Positions 18,122-25,335 of a stretch of 47,455 nucleotides of DNA are shown piece by piece (the first letter of the stretch is position 1; each line of letters starts with the position of its first letter). Source of the stretch: a virus (Duplodnaviria; Caudoviricetes); the IMG/VR virus record IMGVR_UViG_3300035659_000028, positions 1 through 47,455 of that record, one strand, 5' to 3'. The notes below the pieces were generated by a model. That model was not told the DNA's origin and did not search any database. It saw only the letters and a list, made by a program, of their open reading frames with translations. The position numbers and the translations under genes are program-made.

Positions 18122-18385
18122 TCACATTTTTGGCAAGTTTTTTCGCACCCAGTCCATACTACCCCTACAATCGTTACCACTGCGCGCAATTTTTATTGCC
18201 CGCTCCACAATATGGCCCCATTTTCGCACTTGTGACACCAGATTCCTGCATCGGCGACATAACACCAGACCAGACGCAGGATCAAAACAGAGCGAGCGCC
18301 TCCAACTTATCTCGGTATCGCAGGCCGGGCAACGCCGGTCTTGTTTGTCAAAAAATTGAACGCGGATATGGTGGGGAGTTGTCAT
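18122..18385 (-). CDS. EndoVII/HNH-like Zn-finger protein, paralog 1
   Basis: QDRRCPAC-x20-CRRC. Confidence 0.6.
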   Translation of the reverse strand: MTTPHHIRVQFFDKQDRRCPACDTEISWRRSLCFDPASGLVLCRRCRNLVSQVRKWGHIVERAIKIARSGNDCRGSMDWVRKNLPKM

Positions 18386-18672
18386 TCTGCACGACGAATT
18401 TCAAAGTCTTTCCCCGTGCATCGTTTTGCAACGGTCGGCCTATATCCTAACTGTTGTAATTCTTTCAATAACGGTCTATATTCTTTAGGCTTTGCAAGTC
18501 GTGTCTGTCTGACCACAATCAGTTCATTCGCTGCCCCATGTTGACCGACCTGTAGATACGACAAACAAAGATACCCATGTATATCATCATACGGGATTTG
18601 TGGGAACAGAGCAATTACGTCTCCATTCGGCCATATTCGGAATACTGTTTTAGTCTTTTCTTTGTCTTTCAT
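18382..18672 (-). CDS. Conserved-looking early phage hypothetical
   Basis: VFR...VIALFP...SY..GQHG...ELQQLGY; AGGAG RBS. Confidence 0.7.
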   Translation of the reverse strand: MKDKEKTKTVFRIWPNGDVIALFPQIPYDDIHGYLCLSYLQVGQHGAANELIVVRQTRLAKPKEYRPLLKELQQLGYRPTVAKRCTGKDFEIRRAE

Positions 18673-18711
18673 AATTTCTCCTGCAAACGTAAATAATTGG
18701 TTCGGGTTTCC

Positions 18712-19254
18712 TCACACACCTATATCAAGTTGACCTTTAGCGGTAAACTCATATTCATTTGCTCTGATCGTCTCGATTATGGCTTCTTCACTTGTCAAGT
18801 AGTCATACTCTGTTTGAAGTATTGTCTGGTAGTCCTCAAGAATTGTCTGTTGAAATTTTTCGGATAATTCCTCAGCGTCGTCTGTGTATTCAAAATCAGC
18901 ACGCTCGCACTTATCCGCGTCTTTTGGGGCGTGCTCATACTCCCTTTGAGCCCTTGCATAGTCATGTATGAAGCCCCGCGCATCCACACACGTCTCGCAA
19001 CTTTCGCCGTGGTTCTTGATAATTGCTTCAGCAACATCTATTGCGTCCCGTGTCCATTGACCTATGCACACCTGATTTTGCCTTAAATTAAATTCTGCGA
19101 TCTTCAACCCGATGTTGGCTGCGTCTTCATAGACGAACTCCCACCAGTTGTAATCAACATTCACGTCGGACAACTGTTCCAGAGCTTTTTGTTTTGCCCC
19201 TTCCGACAATTCATCAAACTCATAGACTGTTCTTGTTATTGTGTACGTTCTCAT
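18712..19254 (-). CDS. Acidic early protein
   Basis: VYEFDELSE.AK.KA ... YLTSEEAIIETIRANEYEF; GGAG RBS. Confidence 0.75.
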   Translation of the reverse strand: MRTYTITRTVYEFDELSEGAKQKALEQLSDVNVDYNWWEFVYEDAANIGLKIAEFNLRQNQVCIGQWTRDAIDVAEAIIKNHGESCETCVDARGFIHDYARAQREYEHAPKDADKCERADFEYTDDAEELSEKFQQTILEDYQTILQTEYDYLTSEEAIIETIRANEYEFTAKGQLDIGV

Positions 19255-19288
19255 TTTGTCAATCTCCACCTATTAACCCTTGTTTCTG

Positions 19289-19364
19289 ATAATCCTCACA
19301 AGTCCGGGCTGTTGGGCTTGGTCTCACTTCGGCCAACGCCACAGCCCGGTATTGAGAGGGTTAT
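19289..19364 (-). other. Long imperfect intergenic hairpin (RNase III-site candidate)
   Basis: CCGGGCTGT/ACAGCCCGG perfect stem plus outer 13-nt and inner stems. Confidence 0.6.
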
Positions 19365-19366
19365 GA

Positions 19367-19669
19367 TTAGCCATTCAAATCCCGAACAACATACACCCCA
19401 TCTTTGATTTTGCGCTTCGTTTCTTTTGTAGTTTCTCCGAGAAAAATCGCCCGGTATCTACTGGTTGTGCGCGAATAGTCCCAGTCCGGATCAAGGTATG
19501 TTCGACCAGCCACGATAGCAACGATCAATGTATTGTAGCTTTGAAAGTACTTTCCGTCGTCAGTCACAATTTCAAATTGGTTAGCGATACGACGACCGCT
19601 ACGTCCTGAGTGGAGGTTGTTAACTTTCACAACCGGCAATTCCACTTGTTCAGTTATTACAATGCCCAT
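19367..19669 (-). CDS. Early phage hypothetical
   Basis: ANQF...YFQSYNTLI...YSRTTSRY; AGGA RBS. Confidence 0.7.
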   Translation of the reverse strand: MGIVITEQVELPVVKVNNLHSGRSGRRIANQFEIVTDDGKYFQSYNTLIVAIVAGRTYLDPDWDYSRTTSRYRAIFLGETTKETKRKIKDGVYVVRDLNG

Positions 19670-19739
19670 TTTCTCATCCTTTCAGCACAATGCCGCATAT
19701 ACCAGCATTGCCAATTTTATTAAATCCCAAAACGTAACA

Positions 19740-20057
19740 TTACTTTTCACGTTCAATCCCCGTCTCGTATTTGCGAATCAACTTCCAAGCTTCGGCGTCA
19801 TAATCGTTATACTTATAATCGTCAATTTGCCCAGCTCCGTCCCAAACACCGCTACGCTCGTCTGCAAGCGCTTTGCCCGTGCTGTTACAAAACTCCTCTA
19901 TAGTTGCAATGTCCAGCGACCCGCTCGATCCTATCGGCAGACATTGGGAACTATCGTATTTGCAATTTCCCGCTTGATATATTGCGTCCAATTGCGGTGC
20001 ATCTTTTTGATAAATCGAATACCCGCTTCGGTTAAATTCTCCAAAAAAATGTTCCAT
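19740..20057 (-). CDS. Hypothetical acidic protein
   Basis: GAGG RBS, co-oriented. Confidence 0.65.
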   Translation of the reverse strand: MEHFFGEFNRSGYSIYQKDAPQLDAIYQAGNCKYDSSQCLPIGSSGSLDIATIEEFCNSTGKALADERSGVWDGAGQIDDYKYNDYDAEAWKLIRKYETGIEREK

Positions 20058-20073
20058 CGTACCCTCACTTTCT

Positions 20074-20253
20074 TTAACTACAAAACTTTTTCATCACGAC
20101 ACCGGCCAAGAGCAAATCAATGCGCTCCAGCTGGATCAACGCTTTTTCGTTCTTTCTTCTGGCCGCTACTACGATTTGCATAGCGGTCAACTGTTGTCTC
20201 CGCCGCAATTCGCTGAGCCCCAATGTTGCAAAGTATGTTCTATACTTGCCCAT
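20074..20253 (-). CDS. Hypothetical protein, probably leaderless
   Basis: ATG 6 nt after -10 box. Confidence 0.55.
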   Translation of the reverse strand: MGKYRTYFATLGLSELRRRQQLTAMQIVVAARRKNEKALIQLERIDLLLAGVVMKKFCS

Positions 20254-20259
20254 GTTCAA

Positions 20260-20288
20260 ATCATACCATATTCGATTCGCTATGTCAA
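20260..20288 (-). promoter_or_regulatory. Sigma70-type early promoter
   Basis: TTGACA-17-TATGAT with TGn extension and upstream T-tracts. Confidence 0.85.
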
Positions 20289-20317
20289 CAAAAAAACCGG
20301 CCAAGCAAAAAAAATTA

Positions 20318-20755
20318 TTAGGTATCTGGGGCTTGGTCTGGCGCGGCTGGGACTGGTGCTACCGCCATGGGCGCAGGGCCTAACGCTGGGTATAAGCCAG
20401 GCACAAACGGGGCAAGGCGCTCGGCTGTGATCCCATTGGATACTGATTTGCGGAGCTTGTTTATCATTAAGAAACAAGCTGGACAGAATATCTTAGCCAT
20501 TTGTCGATCAAGATATATCCGTGAGCTGTGCGGCATAAGTTCTTCGCAAAGAGCACACTCCCCATTTTGGCCTTCAAGTATCTTATGGCGCTGCTGTTTT
20601 TTGCCGCCCTTAATGTTGTAGTGTTTCTTATGTTGTTCTGTAGCAGCCCACATTTCTGCGCCGTACTCCAAGCCGTGCTCCTGCATAAAACCAGGTTGTA
20701 GATCAGACGGAAGGGCGCAGTATTTGGCGTATAGTTGTTCTTTCTCGGGCGTCAT
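20318..20755 (-). CDS. EndoVII/HNH-like Zn-finger protein, paralog 2
   Basis: QNGECALC-x20-CPAC; GAGG RBS. Confidence 0.6.
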   Translation of the reverse strand: MTPEKEQLYAKYCALPSDLQPGFMQEHGLEYGAEMWAATEQHKKHYNIKGGKKQQRHKILEGQNGECALCEELMPHSSRIYLDRQMAKIFCPACFLMINKLRKSVSNGITAERLAPFVPGLYPALGPAPMAVAPVPAAPDQAPDT

Positions 20756-20813
20756 TGTTCACCTCTTTCTACTTTGCCTTGGCCTGGGCATAGATTTGTT
20801 TAGTCATTGACCG

Positions 20814-21131
20814 TTACCGGCTTTCGTCCTCGCCGGCCTTATCCTCTGCCCGATATGCCTCAAGCGCTTGCTGTGCGCTGTCTGCAAGCTCGTTTGTGGC
20901 TTGGTCGTTGATATGCGTAAACTTGTTCCAACGTCGCGCCACAGCTTGGAAACTACCCATACGATTGACTGCGCCCATGAGATTAGACACCAAGAGAATA
21001 CATTTGCGACACATGCACGTATTGGATTCGGCGTGGTAGCACGGAATGTTCTTGCAATCAAGCTGGTTGTCGCAAAAAGCGCACCGAAAGTTTTGCGTGA
21101 TTAGAGCTGTCCGTTTTGTTTTACTTGCCAT
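20814..21131 (-). CDS. EndoVII/HNH-like Zn-finger protein, paralog 3
   Basis: QNFRCAFC-x20-CRKC; AGGA RBS. Confidence 0.6.
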   Translation of the reverse strand: MASKTKRTALITQNFRCAFCDNQLDCKNIPCYHAESNTCMCRKCILLVSNLMGAVNRMGSFQAVARRWNKFTHINDQATNELADSAQQALEAYRAEDKAGEDESR

Positions 21132-21173
21132 TAGTTGTTCCTTTCGTTATATATTGGATTATGTTGTCTCTCT

Positions 21174-21194
21174 ATTATACGTGGAATGGCTACT
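21174..21194 (-). promoter_or_regulatory. Conserved box AGTAGCCATTCCACGTATAAT, copy 2
   Basis: 19/21 identical to copies 1 and 3. Confidence 0.75.
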
Positions 21195-21206
21195 ATTTCA
21201 GTCAAT

Positions 21207-21237
21207 AAAAAAGCCCTGGCCTTGTTGGCCAAGGCTT
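21207..21237 (-). terminator. Intrinsic terminator
   Basis: AAGCCTTGGCC-AACAA-GGCCAGGGC followed by TTTTTT. Confidence 0.75.
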
Positions 21238-21251
21238 CAAGAGAAGGATGG

Positions 21252-21425
21252 TTAACTCCAGACTATATCGAACATCGGGGAGTTCGGGGAACAGCGCTCC
21301 AGGGCCCACCATAACCCTCTGTGCTCAGCCCAAGCCACGCACGCGCGAGCTTCGGCTAAACTGTCAAACTCGTATATTTCTTCCGGCTCAGAAAACCATC
21401 GGGTTCTCACGCGATATGGTTCCAT
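21252..21425 (-). CDS. 57-aa early protein (below ORF-track cutoff)
   Basis: MEPYRVRTRWFSEPEEIYEFDSLAEA...; GAGGAGG RBS. Confidence 0.65.
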   Translation of the reverse strand: MEPYRVRTRWFSEPEEIYEFDSLAEARACVAWAEHRGLWWALERCSPNSPMFDIVWS

Positions 21426-21448
21426 TGTCAATCCTCCTCATTCTAAAC

Positions 21449-21480
21449 AGGTTCTGGTTCTCGGCAAGCACGTTGCAAGC
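21449..21480 (-). promoter_or_regulatory. Leader motif hairpin(AACGY)+AACCAGAACCT, copy A
   Basis: GCTTGC-AACGT-GCTTGC-CGAG-AACCAGAACCT. Confidence 0.7.
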
Positions 21481-21482
21481 TG

Positions 21483-21830
21483 CTATCTTTGGTTGACGGG
21501 CATTTGCGGTAACGTCTTATCGGTTTTATTAAAACCCTGAATAAAACCCTGGTCGTCAGTACAAGCGAATATACAGTGTGTTGAACCATCATAGTGTGTT
21601 ATCTTGTAGCAGTGGTTTGAAAGCCACTTTTTTGCGTCTTTGACATCGCGGACATCTACGAATCCGCTATGGATGTCCAAGTAGCAGTTGCCTGTTTTTG
21701 TTCGCTTAAACGCCGATAATGCGCTTATGTTTGTTTTCGCTGCTGCAATATAATATGTTCGGAACTGCCCGTTGTCGTGCGAGTATCTAAACGCAAGCTT
21801 TTCTGGAGTTATTTTTTCGCAACGATACAT
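21483..21830 (-). CDS. Early hypothetical protein
   Basis: GAGGAGG RBS before MYRCEK. Confidence 0.65.
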   Translation of the reverse strand: MYRCEKITPEKLAFRYSHDNGQFRTYYIAAAKTNISALSAFKRTKTGNCYLDIHSGFVDVRDVKDAKKWLSNHCYKITHYDGSTHCIFACTDDQGFIQGFNKTDKTLPQMPVNQR

Positions 21831-21850
21831 GTTCAATCCTCCTCTATGGG

Positions 21851-22057
21851 TTATGGTTGTAGTTCGTACACTGTATCTGGCCCATATATCCATTCGTACA
21901 GCATAATGTCTTCTTGTTTCAACAACGCTTTCAACTGGTCACGCTTCGCCCGCAATGGCGGCAACGCATCACTTGTTAAGCTAATTCCCAAATCCGCTGC
22001 CTCAGCTTCTGTAAGTATAGCTCGTTCAACTCTGTTTAATTCGCTCATTGTTGACAT
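21851..22057 (-). CDS. Early hypothetical protein
   Basis: GAGGAG RBS. Confidence 0.65.
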   Translation of the reverse strand: MSTMSELNRVERAILTEAEAADLGISLTSDALPPLRAKRDQLKALLKQEDIMLYEWIYGPDTVYELQP

Positions 22058-22083
22058 TGTCTCATTCTCCTCTTAGTGTTTGG

Positions 22084-22236
22084 TTATGACTTGATATTGG
22101 TTGTGACCAGTACATACCATTGCTTCTCAATCCACTCCAGACCACTACTGGTCAAAATTGACCAGCCGAGCGGATATTCCGCAACGAGTTTACCAGTTAT
22201 CTGTATGTCGTTGCGCTTGCATTGTACTGTAATCAT
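22084..22236 (-). CDS. 50-aa early protein
   Basis: AAGGAG RBS before MITVQC; upstream GTG of the ORF track lies in the promoter. Confidence 0.6.
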   Translation of the reverse strand: MITVQCKRNDIQITGKLVAEYPLGWSILTSSGLEWIEKQWYVLVTTNIKS

Positions 22237-22254
22237 GTTCAGCTCCTTTACTAT

Positions 22255-22286
22255 AGGTTCTGGTTCACAGCAAGCACGTTGCCTGC
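22255..22286 (-). promoter_or_regulatory. Leader motif, copy B
   Basis: GCAGGC-AACGT-GCTTGC-TGTG-AACCAGAACCT. Confidence 0.7.
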
Positions 22287-22296
22287 CATTATTGAA

Positions 22297-22325
22297 AGTA
22301 TAACACATTCTTAAATCGAACACAA
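22297..22325 (-). promoter_or_regulatory. Sigma70-type early promoter
   Basis: TTGTGT-17-TATACT with TGn extension. Confidence 0.7.
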
Positions 22326-22599
22326 GAGAAAAATCATATATATTCTCTACTATGCGTGACTATGTGTGGATTGACTGTTATTTGAGTTTTAGACCGTCGT
22401 GTCGTACACGTATGAAAACAAAGTTATATCCCCCCCTACGAAAACCCTACTAAATTGGAAAACGCCTTATATACCTTTGGCTTATATATCGTATATATAA
22501 CCAGTTTAGTAAGAAAGCTCTATACAGGGTATTGGATGATGTCGCGTCATGTAGGACACGCGGACATGTCGGACATCCATGAGGGTTTTTTGGCTGTAG

Positions 22600-22676
22600 T
22601 ATAAGCACAACTTATAATCTTTTGACAGTATAAGCCCTACTTATAATGCATTTGGACTATAAGTAAGGCTTATAAT
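22600..22676. repeat. Three palindromes TATAAG-N5-CTTATA(AT) at exact 29-bp period
   Basis: Units start at 22600, 22629, 22658. Confidence 0.9.
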
Positions 22677-22798
22677 CATCCGGCACCCGCACAAAAACTG
22701 AACAAAATGGGGCATTTCTCCCCATTCGACCTGATCCCTTGGGGCATAAAACAGCCCGGCCAATACTGCGCCGGTCTTCATATATGCTCTGTAGTGCC

Positions 22799-22942
22799 CT
22801 ACAAGGCACGATCTGCTTCGTACCGCTCCCACACTGTATCCAAGATCACTTTGAGCACCAGCATCGCTTCTGGTCCTGTTAGTATGCCGTCCCTGATCTT
22901 GCCTGGCAGACTGTCAACAGCTTGTTGTTCATAAGGCGTCAT
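22799..22942 (-). CDS. 47-aa early protein, paralog of 22970..23134
   Basis: MTPYEQQAVDSLPGKIRDGILTGPEAMLVLKVILDTVWERYEADRAL; AAGGAG RBS. Confidence 0.75.
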   Translation of the reverse strand: MTPYEQQAVDSLPGKIRDGILTGPEAMLVLKVILDTVWERYEADRAL

Positions 22943-22969
22943 TGTCTTGTCTCCTTTATGACCCGCGCA

Positions 22970-23134
22970 TCATTTCTGCTCGTCGAGGCGTTTGGCACGA
23001 CCTGCTTCAACGCGCTCGAACACCGTAGTCATAATGACTTTGAGCATAAACAACGCTTCTGGGAGCTTCAACATGCCGTCTCTGATCTTATTTGGCATGT
23101 CGGCTATGGCTTGTTGTTCGTTTTGCTTCATCAT
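22970..23134 (-). CDS. 54-aa early protein, first gene of left arm
   Basis: MMKQNEQQAIADMPNKIRDGMLKLPEALFMLKVIMTTVFERVEAGRAKRLDEQK; GAGGTG RBS. Confidence 0.75.
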   Translation of the reverse strand: MMKQNEQQAIADMPNKIRDGMLKLPEALFMLKVIMTTVFERVEAGRAKRLDEQK

Positions 23135-23155
23135 TGTCTCACCTCTTTCTGTTAT

Positions 23156-23187
23156 AGGTTCTGGTTATGGCCTGCGCGTTGCAAGCC
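23156..23187 (-). promoter_or_regulatory. Leader motif, copy C
   Basis: GGCTTGC-AACGC-GCAGGCC-AT-AACCAGAACCT. Confidence 0.7.
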
Positions 23188-23196
23188 TTTGAACAT

Positions 23197-23225
23197 AGCA
23201 TACACTATACTTGACTAACATGCAA
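23197..23225 (-). promoter_or_regulatory. Sigma70-type early promoter
   Basis: TTGCAT-17-TATGCT preceded by T-tract. Confidence 0.65.
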
Positions 23226-23409
23226 GAAAAAACTTGTATGTATAAGCAGATTGTTCTTGACATGCGTCTTTGCTTGCTTGTGTGTGTGGTTGCTGGTCTG
23301 GAGATGGGCAATGGCCATGCCGGGGTAGTACCCCCGATTATCAGACGTGGGACTCCTATAACCCCCATCTTGGACCCCCTCCACCATATCAAAAATTTCG
23401 ACTCCGGAC

Positions 23410-23434
23410 AGTAGCCAATCTACGTATAATGGAG
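23410..23434 (+). promoter_or_regulatory. Conserved box AGTAGCCAATCTACGTATAATGGAG, copy 3 (head of late arm)
   Basis: 25/25 identical to 18090-18114. Confidence 0.8.
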
Positions 23435-23548
23435 GAACACATGTTCCTTTGCTATATGGGGCATAATACCCCCACGATCAGCCGGGCCAGTCCGACTTGT
23501 TGACGGCCCGGCTTTGACTATAACGAGTATGACGACTGTAGTGGTACA

Positions 23549-23800
23549 ATGGTTATAACCCTTAACAACGTCAAATACAATATAGACATCACAGGCCCTA
23601 TAAACGGCCTAATCGATACAATCCACAGTACCATACCAACCATAGTCCTTTGTTGCGACCTCGATACCAGGGCGGGGCTTGAAACAGTCTGCCATGAGGC
23701 CATGCACGCGCTGTACCCGACTACAACAGAGGACAAGATAGGCCGGTCAGCCAGAGACCTTGCGCGGTTACTCTGGCAACTCGGTTACAGGAGAACCTGA
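23549..23800 (+). CDS. Small HExxH zincin-like protein
   Basis: ETVCHEAMHA...E motif. Confidence 0.65.
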   Translation: MVITLNNVKYNIDITGPINGLIDTIHSTIPTIVLCCDLDTRAGLETVCHEAMHALYPTTTEDKIGRSARDLARLLWQLGYRRT

Positions 23801-23801
23801 C

Positions 23802-24152
23802 ATGTACGATAACGGCGGATTCCAAACCAGTCCCCACCCCAACCAGGGCCAACCAGTCATCACTCAGACGGCCCTGCAACTCACAAACGGCACCGCAGAC
23901 GCTAACGCCGAGGCCACGGTTGTGGCCGGGGCCAGGTACAGGTTCACGTCCTATAAGACGGGTGGGTTCATGTTTGGTCTCGCTACAACCGCTACAGTCG
24001 CTAACATCCGATGGGTGTGTCCGCTTTACGCGACTGTCGAGATACAGATACCCCAGGGTTATACGTCCCTGCACTATCAGACCAATGTCAACAGTGGTGT
24101 TGGGTATCTGGTGAAGATCAAACAGAACGCAGACGAAGACCCGGCCAAGTAA
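23802..24152 (+). CDS. Hypothetical beta-rich protein, possibly structural
   Basis: AGGAG RBS before MYDNGG. Confidence 0.6.
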   Translation: MYDNGGFQTSPHPNQGQPVITQTALQLTNGTADANAEATVVAGARYRFTSYKTGGFMFGLATTATVANIRWVCPLYATVEIQIPQGYTSLHYQTNVNSGVGYLVKIKQNADEDPAK

Positions 24153-24163
24153 GAGGTACACCG

Positions 24164-24787
24164 ATGAAGCGCGTCGTAGAGGTAGCTATAGTAGTCACAG
24201 TTTTGGCGATAGTAGCCAGTTTAACCCTGTTACCAACTTATCCTGGCACATTCGGTCAACATACTTTGGCTTCGTGTGGGGTTGTTACTGATGGTAATGG
24301 ATGGGGTTCGGTAGTGGCCATAGGTCCGGACTTGCTTTTGACAGCTGGACATTGTATCGGTCATCCTGATACTTATGTAGAGATACAAGGTAAACGGTAT
24401 GAGATATTGGACCAATGGCGGTCCGAGGATTCGGATGTTGGGTTCATACGTGTTGATGGCGCGCTTCCTTACCTTGAGTTCGGTACGATGCCCAGTTTGC
24501 TGGACACAGTGTATTTGGTTGGCAGTCCGTATGACCAAGTGTTGGTCAATACTGTTACTAAGGGTATTGTGTCTGGTTTTGACCGCGCTATATATGACTG
24601 GGAACACCTTATACAGACTGACGCTGAGGCCGCACCTGGTTCCAGTGGCGGACCGTTATTTGACATACACGGACGTATTATAGGTATTTGCGTAGCGGGT
24701 CCGAATCCAGGTGGTGGTGTTACATTGTGCGTTCCAGTTAGTGACATATTGGTTGCGTTGGAGGTGTATTGTGCCAGCCACAAGTAA
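24164..24787 (+). CDS. Trypsin-like (S1/HtrA-type, no PDZ) serine protease with N-terminal membrane anchor/signal
   Basis: LLTAGHC, DVGFI, GSSGGP catalytic triad; hydrophobic N-terminus; GAGG RBS. Confidence 0.92.
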   Translation: MKRVVEVAIVVTVLAIVASLTLLPTYPGTFGQHTLASCGVVTDGNGWGSVVAIGPDLLLTAGHCIGHPDTYVEIQGKRYEILDQWRSEDSDVGFIRVDGALPYLEFGTMPSLLDTVYLVGSPYDQVLVNTVTKGIVSGFDRAIYDWEHLIQTDAEAAPGSSGGPLFDIHGRIIGICVAGPNPGGGVTLCVPVSDILVALEVYCASHK

Positions 24788-24983
24788 GGCACATTTCCGT
24801 TTCATGCACGCCGTAGCACAGGGTGACGTTAAAGTCCCTGGTCTCTCCAAGGAGAAGGCCGCTGAGTTCGTAGAGGGCCAATCCCCGGTTGGGTTGCCGG
24901 AACGCGCGGCTAAGGCCGGGTTACACAGACTTGTGAACAAGGTCAAACAGGCCAGAACAGGCAAGAGGTTCCGAGTTGGCTAA
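24771..24983 (+). CDS. Small basic phage protein
   Basis: GGAGG RBS, GTG start, MPATSKAHFRFM pattern. Confidence 0.6.
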   Translation: MPATSKAHFRFMHAVAQGDVKVPGLSKEKAAEFVEGQSPVGLPERAAKAGLHRLVNKVKQARTGKRFRVG

Positions 24984-25335
24984 GAGTCTTAGTGATTTTC
25001 TGAAAGAAATCGGCGAGGAACAAGTGACTATCACACTTGATGGACGGCCCTATACGTGTACCAAGACTGAGGCCCTCGCCCGCAAGATGTATGTTATGGC
25101 AAATGGTGGGGTCTCAGAGGAACGTGGGGTTGATGGCAATATGGTTCAGGTGTACCACAACCCCAACCCAACTGTAGCCAAGACAATACGTGAGTTCACA
25201 GAAGGCAAACCAGCAGTTGAGATTCAACCTGAAGTCCCTGGTAACAAAAAGGCTGGGCGGTTCGACGGCAGTATAAGCAAACGGCTCAACGAGAGGTTGA
25301 AACCGGTACAGAGACCGACGATAACCAAACCATGA
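24976..25335 (+). CDS. Terminase small subunit candidate
   Basis: Directly upstream of TerL; EALARK...A...TEGKP helical pattern. Confidence 0.6.
   Translation: MAKSLSDFLKEIGEEQVTITLDGRPYTCTKTEALARKMYVMANGGVSEERGVDGNMVQVYHNPNPTVAKTIREFTEGKPAVEIQPEVPGNKKAGRFDGSISKRLNERLKPVQRPTITKP

Noticed and set aside
22600-22676. Mini-CRISPR array, or TTGACA/TATAAT promoter at 22622-22647
   Set aside because: Repeats and spacers are far too short for CRISPR; promoter spacer is only 14 bp
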